The position numbers were made by a program, and so were the translations under genes. From positions 288,001 through 352,000 of the forward strand of contig OZ253449.1 of the NCBI GenBank assembly GCA_965261345.1: a DNA stretch of 64,000 nucleotides. The letters run 5' to 3'. The notes beneath the pieces were generated by a model. It did not search any database. It was not told the DNA's origin and saw only the letters and a program-made list of their open reading frames with translations. Each line of letters opens with the position of its first letter. Positions within the stretch are counted from its first letter, which is position 1. This DNA comes from Chloroflexota bacterium (GTDB lineage: Bacteria > Chloroflexota > UBA11872 > VXNJ01). Below are positions 1-9,417 of this stretch, piece after piece.

Positions 1-225
1 ATCGCCGGCCAGATCTGGGCCATCGGACCGGGCCCCGATGCAAAAGCGAGCGGTGCGGCCAGGGAATTGGCCGCCGAACTGAAGGCGCGATCGGCCGCCG
101 AATGGGCGCCCGGCGGTGATCGGCAAGGCCAATTGCAGAAGATCAGCCGGCAATGTCGAGACCTCCATGACCTGGTAACGCGGTGCTATTTCGAATATTT
201 GGTCGATGATGGCCCTCGACCCTGA
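1..225 (+). CDS. C-terminal end of a probable alpha-E (DUF403-like) domain protein, truncated by the window edge
   Basis: Frame 1 is open from base 1 to TGA 223-225 and ends ...QCRDLHDLVTRCYFEYLVDDGPRP, resembling alpha-E C-termini. It overlaps the start of a transglutaminase gene, the usual neighbour. Confidence 0.55.
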   Translation: MAGQIWAIGPGPDAKASGAARELAAELKARSAAEWAPGGDRQGQLQKISRQCRDLHDLVTRCYFEYLVDDGPRP

Positions 226-1096
226 CGACAACTCCGGTCCGATTCGATACGCTATTGAGCATTCGACCAACTATCGGTACAGTTTGCCGGTTCGAAACAG
301 CGGCATGGCATTGCATCTGCGGCCACGCAGCGACCACCAGCAGCAATTGCTTGGCTTTGAGGTTGTAACCGACCCGGCGGGGTCATTGAGCTGCGCGACC
401 GATGCATTCGGCAACACCAAGCACCAACTCAACATCCACCGGCCCCACCAAACATTGGCGGTCATCGCACGCTCGCGGGTCGAAACGGTTTCGTTGCCGG
501 AATTGCCGCTAAAGCTGGACCTGGACAGCTGGCGCGAAATCCGTACTTGGAAAAAATCACCTGCCTATTGGGACTTTGTCAATCCGAGCACATTTGCTCG
601 ACCATCGCCGGCTCTGTCCAATTTTTTGGATCAGGGTGGAATTGCCCATCCTGAGGGAGACCCCCTTGGCGCATTGCAACGTCTCGCCCGCACCCTGCAC
701 AACAGCTTCCAGTTCACTCCAGGTAGTACATCGGCGGCTTCGCCAATTGAGCATCTGCTCGAATCGCGCCAAGGAGTTTGCCAGGACTATGCCCATGTGA
801 TGATCGCGGTGGCGCGCGAGTGGGGCATTCCGGCGCGGTATGTTTCCGGCTATTTGTATGTGAGCGACGCGAACGACCGACCCGTACTCGGAACCGCAAC
901 CCACGCTTGGGTTGAGTGCCGTCTACCCGGATTGGGTTGGGTTGGGTTTGACCCCGCAAACGACCAAATTGCCGGTGCAGCCTGCGTGCAAATCGCCATC
1001 GGCCGGGATTACTGTGACGTGGCTCCGACCAAGGGGATATATCAGGGATTCGCCCAATCCCAACTTGAGGTTTCGGTGCGAATGGAATGCATTTAG
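206..1096 (+). CDS. Transglutaminase-like family protein
   Basis: N-terminal IEHSTNYRY...LHLRPR and DAFGN; catalytic triad motifs GVCQDYAH, THAWVE, GFDPAN; GRDYxDVAP. Confidence 0.92.
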   Translation: MMALDPDDNSGPIRYAIEHSTNYRYSLPVRNSGMALHLRPRSDHQQQLLGFEVVTDPAGSLSCATDAFGNTKHQLNIHRPHQTLAVIARSRVETVSLPELPLKLDLDSWREIRTWKKSPAYWDFVNPSTFARPSPALSNFLDQGGIAHPEGDPLGALQRLARTLHNSFQFTPGSTSAASPIEHLLESRQGVCQDYAHVMIAVAREWGIPARYVSGYLYVSDANDRPVLGTATHAWVECRLPGLGWVGFDPANDQIAGAACVQIAIGRDYCDVAPTKGIYQGFAQSQLEVSVRMECI

Positions 1097-1531
1097 GTCA
1101 ATCGCCCGGGGGCGCTGCGCTGGATCGGCGACCTGAAGGCTGAAAGCATCGGCGCCGGCTGAAAGCCCCGCAATCGCCTCAATTTCGCATGAGAACCGCT
1201 TTGCGACGACGCTCCGGCGAAGGCGAATGTTGACGCCACTTAGCTCCGGGCCGCGGTCGAACACCCGTGGTTGCCGGAGTCTTACACCTAGGAGTCGATG
1301 CATCAAGCCATCACGACATTGCGCCCACAGAGCAGGTAGTGGTAGGGTAAACACATTCGAGGAACTATTCCCCCAGGATGAATTGTTGAAGCTCAACATC
1401 AAATTCGCCACCGAGACCGGTCAACCGTCCTGGCGCCGGCATTTGGGCTTTCCCAGCTACCGACGACGACGGTTATCGTCATGCTGCTGCCTGAGCCTGA
1501 TTCCGGCTCGGTGCCGGTTTCAGGCCCGGCG

Positions 1532-2419
1532 ATGAGGGTTCGAGTCACGCCCGACAGCGGCGCCATCGGCCTGCTTCATCCTGGCGCGATGGGCGCGTCA
1601 GTCGGGGCGGCGCTGGTGGGGCGTGGAAGGCGTGTAATCTGGGCGAGTGATGGAAGGAGCCCGGCCACGCAGTCCCGCGCCAAGCGGGCGCGGTTGGAAG
1701 ACGCAGGTTGCCTTGAGGCACTCGCCGAATCGAGTGAAACACTGTTTAGCGTCTGTCCTCCCGAGGCTGCGCTCGACCTGGCCAAGAGCGTTGCGCAAAC
1801 CGGTTTTCGAGGGGTATATGTCGATGCAAACGCGGTGTCCCCGTCACGGGCATTGGCCGTCGGAGACGCGGTGTTGGGCGGCGGCGCACGTGCTTTTGTC
1901 GATGGGGGCATCATCGGTCCGCCGCCGTGGAATTCGGAGACCTCGCGCCTGTATCTTGCCGGGAACGAGGCGGCCAGCGTCGCTGCGATGTTCGCAGGGA
2001 GCCCGCTCCGAGCCATTGCGATTGGGGAAAAGCCGGGCGCGGCCTCCGCATTGAAGATGGCATATGCCGCCTGGACCAAGGGCACCTCCGCGCTGTTGGC
2101 CGGAATACTTGCGCTGGCCCAACGCGAGGGCGTGGCGGATGCGCTTAGCAGCGAATGGACTCTCTCGCAACCGGACCTGGCCTCGGGCGGGGAGGGGCGC
2201 GCACTCGGCAGCGCGGCTAAGGCGTGGCGCTTCGCCGGCGAGATGGAGGAGATCGCCGACACATTCGCAGGATCGGGTCTACCCGACGGGTTCCACCGAG
2301 CGGCCGCCGAGATCTACCGCCGCCTCAGCGAATTTAAGGACGTGCCCGAGCCCCCCATGCTGGAAGCTGCGCTGGCCGCCCTGCTCGCCGAACGCCCAGG
2401 TGCCGTCCACGACCAGTAA
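1532..2419 (+). CDS. NAD(P)-dependent oxidoreductase, 6-phosphogluconate/3-hydroxyisobutyrate dehydrogenase-like (DUF1932-type C-terminus)
   Basis: GLLHPGAMGASVG Rossmann motif, YVDANAVSP, VDGGIIGPPP, ASALKMAYAAWTKG, KAWRFAGEMEEIA. Start could be 1481 or 1532. Confidence 0.85.
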   Translation: MRVRVTPDSGAIGLLHPGAMGASVGAALVGRGRRVIWASDGRSPATQSRAKRARLEDAGCLEALAESSETLFSVCPPEAALDLAKSVAQTGFRGVYVDANAVSPSRALAVGDAVLGGGARAFVDGGIIGPPPWNSETSRLYLAGNEAASVAAMFAGSPLRAIAIGEKPGAASALKMAYAAWTKGTSALLAGILALAQREGVADALSSEWTLSQPDLASGGEGRALGSAAKAWRFAGEMEEIADTFAGSGLPDGFHRAAAEIYRRLSEFKDVPEPPMLEAALAALLAERPGAVHDQ

Positions 2420-2780
2420 TTGATGCCCGGCCGGTAATTCCCCGAGTAGAGAGAGCCGGTAGCAGGATCATCCAAGTCGCTTTTCGATCTTAAGTTCGAA
2501 ATCCACGCAAGCGCTAGTGGTCCACCGCCGGCTCGCGCTCTGGTTGCCGATCAAATTCACGATAAATTGCCGTTCGCGGTCAATTCGGACACGGGCGATA
2601 AATGCATTTATGTGGACCGATTGATCAATCCCTTGATGGATACCGTGGACTCGCCTATTCCTACCCTAGCAACTTGCCGGCTTACCTTTCAACCAGTATC
2701 CGGACGTTTCACCAAGATTTCGATCAACGCGTGCTAGGCCTGTTGCTGCCAAGCTTTGCAATCGTCCCTGCAACAAACTC

Positions 2781-4136
2781 CTAGCCGTGCGACAGATGCA
2801 TGTCGGCGAACTCCAGGAAACATTCCCAGTCGTATGCGGTCACATCGTGACCCCCGGTCCGCACGTGGTACCCAACGGTGTGCATTACGGGTTCGTCTAC
2901 TGGCGGCCGCTCGGATACACCCAGGCCACGTTTGCCCAAAAGCTCGTAGGCCTGGCCCGCCTCCCGCGTCGCCAGGAACTCACCGTGGGGGTCGGCCCAA
3001 CCGTCGTCTTTTCCGCTGGCCACATACAGCGGTCGGGGCGCGACCAGCGCCAGCAACATATGTTGATCGATCGGCAGGTCGTTTACCCGGCCGTTAAATG
3101 CCTTGCAATTTCCGGCGTACCAGTGCGGGAACCTAACGTTGCTTATCTCCAATGTTTCGCCGGAGACATGGCGGCTTAGAGCCGCGCCGCCGCCGCCCGA
3201 ATTAATTGGGATAACCATCGCGATTCGCGTGTCAGTTACCCCGGCCCAGAGCGCGACTTTGCCCAGACGTGAGTGTCCCAAGGCGGCCACCTGGGCAGCG
3301 TTCACCATAGCGTCGGATTCGAGGTAGTCCAGCGCCCGACTCAGCCCCCACGCCCACGCGGCGATGCTGCCCCAATCGCTATCAGATTGAGGCGGCGCCA
3401 ACTGGTGGACGCCATTTTTAAAGCCATCGTCAAAATCTGGATCGATGTCACCATAGCAAACGGTGGCCAGTCCGTATCCCCGCTCGAGTACCCGCTCCAA
3501 CTGCCATCGGGACATCGATCGGCCACGGGCTACCGAGGTCACCCCCTCCTGGGGCAGCACCCAGCCGGACGCCCGACGGATCGCGGGATCGGTGTGTACG
3601 CCGTGATTGCCACGGAAATTTAGGCCGAGGAACGTTGCTACCGGACCCGGAGCGTTGGCGGGTGTGTAGAGCAGAAGTTCCATGCTTGGACCATCGTCGG
3701 CGGAGGAAAAGTCGATCCGTACCTGCTTTCGGCAGGCCAAGCCCCCTAGGGCGGCCGGGTCCTGTTCAAGTACCGTAAATCGCAGGTCCGCCGGAGCGCC
3801 CGGCGCAGCTCCGTACATGTATTCAATGAACAGCTGCAAAATCTCCGCTCGGCGGGCTTCCCATTGGGCTGGCGTCTCTACCGTCGTCCCGTCGCGCATG
3901 CGAAGAATCTCCGGCAGCTCGTAGGGCGGTACCTTCGCTTCATCGAAATTGAAACCCGCGGGATGACCCGATATGGAGAAATCGGCCAGTTGTTCCGGAT
4001 TTAGCGAAACCAGTTCGGCCCAGAATTCGGCTCCGCCGCCCCGCTTGGCCCAAATTGCCAGCGCCTGCTCGGAAATAAATTTCTCATTGGCAGATTCGTC
4101 ACCCGATACCGCCCCCACGTCCTCGTCTGCTGCCAC
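2781..4136 (-). CDS. Carbohydrate esterase family 15 (glucuronoyl esterase-like) alpha/beta hydrolase
   Basis: GHSRLGK nucleophile motif, WGSIAAWAWGLSRALDYL, LPIDQHMLLALVAPRP, WADPHGE, GGHDVTAYDW. GTG 4136 follows GGGGGAG; ORF is open to 4166. Confidence 0.88.
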   Translation of the reverse strand: MAADEDVGAVSGDESANEKFISEQALAIWAKRGGGAEFWAELVSLNPEQLADFSISGHPAGFNFDEAKVPPYELPEILRMRDGTTVETPAQWEARRAEILQLFIEYMYGAAPGAPADLRFTVLEQDPAALGGLACRKQVRIDFSSADDGPSMELLLYTPANAPGPVATFLGLNFRGNHGVHTDPAIRRASGWVLPQEGVTSVARGRSMSRWQLERVLERGYGLATVCYGDIDPDFDDGFKNGVHQLAPPQSDSDWGSIAAWAWGLSRALDYLESDAMVNAAQVAALGHSRLGKVALWAGVTDTRIAMVIPINSGGGGAALSRHVSGETLEISNVRFPHWYAGNCKAFNGRVNDLPIDQHMLLALVAPRPLYVASGKDDGWADPHGEFLATREAGQAYELLGKRGLGVSERPPVDEPVMHTVGYHVRTGGHDVTAYDWECFLEFADMHLSHG

Positions 4137-4816
4137 CAAGCATCTCCCCCTCAAGCGCGACGCCAAGAATGCCCGCTGACTGCGGTGACGCCACTGAAGC
4201 CAAGTTCATCATTATTGCCGAGTCGCTTTGGTCGTTCATCTGCGGGATGGCTCCGAGGTCGAGGTTTTTGGTGGGATGCAGCCCGCCGCCCGGGGCTGAT
4301 TGACATCCAACCCGCGGGCTTTATCTTTTTCCCGGGCGGTAAAAAATCCGCCGCCGCCGTTTGATAGGCAATTCATACAGGAGCTTTCCCACCATTTAAT
4401 AGGCCGCGTCGGGCAGTTTTTTCCGCAGTGCCGGTTGGCGAAATCTCCGATCGAGCAGCAGTGCCGGAATTGTGCAATGCGATTTGCCCGAAATCATGTC
4501 GGCAGACCGGTCCGTTCCATCGGTCCAGCTTTCCCGATCGATCCCACAATTTCGGATTTACCTAGAGCCAAGCGCGAGGCTGGGATCTCACGCCGCGGGA
4601 AAAACCGGCAAGGTTTGCCGACGCAAGCAGGCAAGGTGATGGGAACCCGACAACTGCGTCGGGCAAATTCTCAGATTCCAACAATGAACGCGAATCCTTC
4701 GATTGGCGCGGCATCGAAAAACCGAAGCGACGCAGATAGGTAATTTACTCAGTGACCTACAAATTCAAATCACGATCACTCGATAGTGGTTGGGCTTTCG
4801 GTCAAGCGTTTTCCGG

Positions 4817-5221
4817 TCAGCGGTCAGCGTCCGCAGCCGGTTTGATTGCGTCGACTTCTGCGAAAACCTGGCGAGCCACCCGGGATCCGTCCAGGGCCGC
4901 CGGTGCCCCGCAATAAACTGCCACTTGCAGAAACACTTCGCGGAGTTCTTCGCGAGTGACTCCGTTGTTGAGAGCGCCGCGTACATGCAACACCAATTCG
5001 TGCGGGCGGTTGAGCGCCGACAGCATCGCCACGTTCAGCAGGCTTCTGGTCTTGCGGGTCAAACCGGGTCGACTCCAGATGTCGCCCCAGGCATGTTCGG
5101 TTACCAGTTCTTGCAATGGCAGGGCAAATTCGTCGGCCTCTGCTATCGAGCGGGCGACGTAGTCACTGCCCAAGACCTCTCGCCGAATTGCCAAACCCTT
5201 CTCAAACAACTCCGAGGGCAT
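4817..5221 (-). CDS. Carboxymuconolactone decarboxylase family protein
   Basis: GLAIRREVLG, AWGDIWSRPGL, HVRGALNNG, QVAVYCGAPAA. Confidence 0.9.
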   Translation of the reverse strand: MPSELFEKGLAIRREVLGSDYVARSIAEADEFALPLQELVTEHAWGDIWSRPGLTRKTRSLLNVAMLSALNRPHELVLHVRGALNNGVTREELREVFLQVAVYCGAPAALDGSRVARQVFAEVDAIKPAADADR

Positions 5222-5855
5222 TTCAATTCCTTTCCCCGCAGCTGAGTGCGGGCCTATTTAACCGGTATGGCAATTCTTGCTTGATTCGAAATGGGTTCAG
5301 GGAAAAACGTATGGATCGCGGCGTCCCGTGCAAAAGTTCTTGGGGTGCCTCAAACTCCGAACTTGAGCTGTCGGGACCGAGTGTGCCGCCGCTTTTGCGG
5401 CAATTGCGTCCCCGGCAGCTTACAAAAAGAGGTGCATGCCGATGAGTTTAGGTAAGCTGCCCGACCCGTCGTTAGATTGCCTTTTTTAAGGGGTAGCGCC
5501 GGCGCCGTTGCCCGGCTGGCATCAGCGACAGGAACGCCAGCTTTGACTGCCCTCAGGCGGCGGCTAACCCCATTGGCCATCGCGCCACACCGCCGGTCTA
5601 CGGCTCGCTTAAGCAGCGCGTCTGGACCTTGCTGGCAATACGACTTAGGCGATCAGATCAAATTGCATCATCCAATCCGCCAGGGGTCCGCAATCGGTGC
5701 GATGAACGGCGGCCCGGGGGTAAAGTTCCGCCCCCGCGGTGTGATCGACGCTTTTTGATCGGGACCTAGCCGGTTGGCGAAAACCGCAAAAATACAATTG
5801 CTAACGAAGTGAAAAAGCGCCGGTTGACCAACCGTGACGTGGGCTGGAGTATTGC

Positions 5856-7082
5856 GTGAAGATCTGTTGGTTCCATCTGATGCCCTATCGGCACCTTCCA
5901 CCCGATTTCGAGAAGAAATATCGAAGTGTTTGGGTCGATCCGCCAAGCCATCTTTTTGACGCAGAAAAGGCGCACGTCCTATACAACGAATATCTCGACG
6001 AGTTGGAACAGGCCGCAGCCGAGGGCTTTGACGGCATCTGCGTCAACGAGCATCACAACAACGCCTATGGGATCATGCCATCGCCAAACCTGATGGCGGC
6101 GGCGTTGGCTCGGAGGACCTCCGATGCCGCGCTTATCGTGATGGGTAACAGCTTGGCTCTGTACAACCCGCCGCTCCGCGTGGCCGAGGAATTTGCAATG
6201 CTGGATGTGACCAGCGGAGGCAGGCTGGTCGCCGGCTTCCCGACCGGAACGTCGATGGACACGAATTTCGCCTACGGCGCTAATCCGGCCACCCTCCGGG
6301 AAAAGTACTACGAGGCCCATGACCTGATCATTCAGGCGTGGACCAAGCCGGAAGCGTTCGCGTTTAACGGCAAGCACACCCAAGTCCGGTACGTGAACAT
6401 CTGGCCGCGCCCGCTGCAAAAGCCGCACCCACCGGTTTGGATTCCCGGCGGCGGCAGCGTCGAGACCTGGGAGTGGACCAGCCGGATGAATTACGTCTAC
6501 TGCTATCTGAGCTACTCCGGCTACAAACACGGCATCCGAGTGATGAACGGCTTCTGGAAAGAGATGGAAAGCCTGGGCGTGGATGATAACCCGTACCGGG
6601 CCGGATTTCTCCAACTGGTCGCCGTCTCCGAAACCGACGAGCAGGCGGAGAAGGATTACGCCCCGCACATCGATTACTTCTACAAGAAGAACCTGCACGT
6701 CTACCAGGGATTTACCGAAGCGCCGGGTTATCGAACGGTAAGGACATTAAAAAAAGGCGTGGGCAGTCAACTCGGCTCCAGCCACTCGCGTCGACGGCAG
6801 AACATGCGGTGGAAGGATTTTGTCGATCAGGGCTACGTGATCGCCGGCAGTCCTGAGACGGTCGCGAAAAACTTGCGAAAAGCCGCCGAGGGCCTAAGGG
6901 TCGGGCACCTCATGGTGCTGCTGCAGATCGGCAGCATGCCCAAGGACTTGACCATGAAGAACACCGAACTTTTCGCCCGCGAGGTGATGCCCCACGTTAA
7001 GGACATGTGGAGCGATTACGAAGATCATTGGTGGCCCACACCCATCGCGGATCGCGCCGTCCCCGACCCGATAGCGACCTAA
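5856..7082 (+). CDS. LLM-class (luciferase-like) flavin-dependent oxidoreductase
   Basis: GFDGICVNEHH, PLRVAEEFAMLD, GRLVAGFPTG, WPRPLQKPHPPVWIPG, GSPETV. Confidence 0.92.
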   Translation: MKICWFHLMPYRHLPPDFEKKYRSVWVDPPSHLFDAEKAHVLYNEYLDELEQAAAEGFDGICVNEHHNNAYGIMPSPNLMAAALARRTSDAALIVMGNSLALYNPPLRVAEEFAMLDVTSGGRLVAGFPTGTSMDTNFAYGANPATLREKYYEAHDLIIQAWTKPEAFAFNGKHTQVRYVNIWPRPLQKPHPPVWIPGGGSVETWEWTSRMNYVYCYLSYSGYKHGIRVMNGFWKEMESLGVDDNPYRAGFLQLVAVSETDEQAEKDYAPHIDYFYKKNLHVYQGFTEAPGYRTVRTLKKGVGSQLGSSHSRRRQNMRWKDFVDQGYVIAGSPETVAKNLRKAAEGLRVGHLMVLLQIGSMPKDLTMKNTELFAREVMPHVKDMWSDYEDHWWPTPIADRAVPDPIAT

Positions 7083-7088
7083 GTGGCC

Positions 7089-7883
7089 ATGGCTGCAAGC
7101 GATCCGGTCACGCACTCGGTAAGGGTTGGACCGGCGACCGTCCAGGTGGCCGAGGCCGGATCGGGCCCGCCGTTGGTGTATCTACACGGCGCATTCGGAT
7201 ACGTGGGATGGCCTGTTTTCTTAGACAAATTGGCGCAGAACCATACCGTGTTTGCGCCCATATGCCCCGGCTTCGGGGAGTCTGAGGGGATCGAGCATAT
7301 CGACGACATCCTGGACCTGACCCTGTTCTACCTGGACCTGCTAGACGAGTTGGGCCTGGACCGGTCGCATCTTGTCGGACACTTTTTCGGCTCCATGATT
7401 GCGGCCGAGCTGGCCAGCATCGCCGGACAGCGCGTCGACCGCCTGGTCCTGGCATCGCCCGCCGGCCTATGGCTTGACCACGAGCCGGGAGTCGATTACT
7501 TTACGACGCCGCCAGGCGAACTCAGATCGGTGTTGTTTGCTTCTCCCGATTCGGAAGTCGCACGGCATTTGCTGCCTGAAAAACTTTCGGACGAACAGAC
7601 CCAGATTCAGACGATCGAACGGGTAAAGTCCCTGGCCACCGTGGCAAAGTTCCTGTGGCCGATTCCCGACAAAGGTTTAAAGAAGCGCCTGCGCCGGATC
7701 CGACGCCCGACATTGATCGCAACCGGCGGGAACGACCAAATCGTGCCCCCGGCCTACGGGGTGGAATTCGCCGATCGAATCAGCGGGGCCCGGCATCAGA
7801 CAATCCAGGGATCGGGCCACTTAATGCAGTTGGAGAGGCCGGCTGAGTTTGCCGAGCTGGTAACAGACTTCCTAAACGACTAG
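7089..7883 (+). CDS. Alpha/beta-hydrolase fold protein with atypical nucleophile elbow (GHFFG)
   Basis: PLVYLHGA, PGFGES, RLVLASPAG, GGNDQIV, GSGHLMQLERP. Starts immediately after the LLM stop codon. Confidence 0.85.
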   Translation: MAASDPVTHSVRVGPATVQVAEAGSGPPLVYLHGAFGYVGWPVFLDKLAQNHTVFAPICPGFGESEGIEHIDDILDLTLFYLDLLDELGLDRSHLVGHFFGSMIAAELASIAGQRVDRLVLASPAGLWLDHEPGVDYFTTPPGELRSVLFASPDSEVARHLLPEKLSDEQTQIQTIERVKSLATVAKFLWPIPDKGLKKRLRRIRRPTLIATGGNDQIVPPAYGVEFADRISGARHQTIQGSGHLMQLERPAEFAELVTDFLND

Positions 7884-8201
7884 AAAGTTTTTACAAACCC
7901 CGCTTGGCACTTCCACCCCCGCCAAACTCGTAGCGCCGACGCGTAACCACCCGGCGGCCGGCGGCAATTTGGCCAATAGTCCCCGCCCCGCTCGCCCAGG
8001 TGCATCGTTTACTCCAAACCGGTTGCTGGCAAATGCCGGTGGACTCGGCCATTGGGCGGCCCAACCGCGCCGCGCCGAATCAGATTGACCGCATAAGGCC
8101 TATTGGTCGCGGGTGGACTGTCACTGATTGCAATTGGCAGGGAACGGCCGATGCCCCGGCATATGCGATTTCAACTCCTTGAACAAAGCGGCAATCGTAG
8201 G

Positions 8202-8999
8202 TCATTGAACTTCGACCACTCCAATAACCCGAGAGCCCAAGGGTTGGATGGGCCGATTGTTGGGCCCGCCATTGAGCTTCACAAGGTCTTCGATCTGTTG
8301 GGGAGAAACGGTCTGTATTTCCCGCTGGACAAACCAGTCGACCGGTTCTTGGCACGGCGGAGTCGTTATTGACCCCGCATACCGATAAAAGGCTGATCCG
8401 GCCGGCCGGAAAGCGGCCGAATTGATGCTGACCCCCTCGACAACGGTTGCCCCGGCCTTCGGAGCGACGAGAAGAATTTCCTGGACTGCCACCCTGGGTT
8501 CACCAGAATGGAATAGCACCGCGACAGCGGCCAAGCGCCCATCTTTGTGGGCGTGCACAAGGTGCAATTCAGCTGCAAAGGTCTCGCTGTTGACGCGATG
8601 TTCTGCGGGCGAATGCACATGCGCCGACTTTAATTCGAATTCGCCCTGATCGATCACAAGAGCGTTCCCTGGCAGGAAGTCAACAAAGGTCAGATGCGCG
8701 TCGCTGCGAACCGCCTGCGCGTCACCGCCGTAAGTAAACCGCAGCGATGTCAAATCGTCGGCCACGTATCCGGTCAAGTCGATCGGCGATTGCTGCCGAC
8801 CGGCCGCACAAGCGGCATATTCTTCCGAGAGAGTGGCCCAATGTTCGGGCCCACTTGGGCCGTCGTACGACCATGCCGATGCGTCATTAGCATCGGCAAC
8901 GGCGATGCCGCTATCGCAGGCCGCAACCGCAAATATCGCCAGGAGTGAAAGCAAAAAAGCTGCCGGAAACGGTCGGGTCTTAACTAGCTGGATTTTCAT
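8202..8999 (-). CDS. Alpha-class carbonic anhydrase, probable lipoprotein
   Basis: WSYDGPSGPEHW, QQSPIDL, Zn ligands HVHSPAEH and ELHLVH, YRYAGSITTPPC, NNRPIQP; hydrophobic signal ending AVAAC. Confidence 0.93.
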   Translation of the reverse strand: MKIQLVKTRPFPAAFLLSLLAIFAVAACDSGIAVADANDASAWSYDGPSGPEHWATLSEEYAACAAGRQQSPIDLTGYVADDLTSLRFTYGGDAQAVRSDAHLTFVDFLPGNALVIDQGEFELKSAHVHSPAEHRVNSETFAAELHLVHAHKDGRLAAVAVLFHSGEPRVAVQEILLVAPKAGATVVEGVSINSAAFRPAGSAFYRYAGSITTPPCQEPVDWFVQREIQTVSPQQIEDLVKLNGGPNNRPIQPLGSRVIGVVEVQ

Positions 9000-9053
9000 T
9001 GATGGCCAATCCCTCAGGCAACACTTCAGCCCTGGCGCAGAAGGTTACTTTGA

Positions 9054-9130
9054 GGCCATCCAAGGCAAATCCAACGCGGTATCTGGCGTCCCCGACCCCC
9101 CAGGGGCCATCCAAGGCAAATCCAACGCGG
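9054..9130. repeat. Two identical 26-bp direct repeats (GGCCATCCAAGGCAAATCCAACGCGG) separated by 25 bp
   Basis: Copies read at 9054-9079 and 9105-9130, in the divergent intergenic region between the carbonic anhydrase and the NCS2 permease. Confidence 0.9.
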
Positions 9131-9417
9131 GGGAATTTTTGACTCGTTCCGCTCGGTGCGAAGATTCATCGATTTGTTTGCATCATCGCCGAAAGAATCC
9201 GCCGCCCGCTTGATAAAGCGGCAGAATGATTCTTACAGGGCAAGCGCGCGGCCGATGGCCAGACGGCGGCCATTTTCGGCTTCGCCACGCCCGCCCAGAG
9301 CCGTGCGCCCGGAGCGTCTGGCAGCTTCCGCAAAAAGCAGTTAACGGCGCGGCAAAACCGTCAAACAACACAAAATTAGCGGCGCCAAACAACACCGGAA
9401 TGCGGCCCACTGCGGAT

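Noticed and set aside
1227-1535. ORF containing NTFEELFPQDELLKLNIKF, a possible gene remnant
   Set aside because: Only a short protein-like stretch in an otherwise atypical ORF; no family recognised.
9054-9130. Direct repeats as a minimal CRISPR array
   Set aside because: Only two exact copies with a short 25-bp spacer, no palindrome or typical repeat end, and no cas genes in the window.
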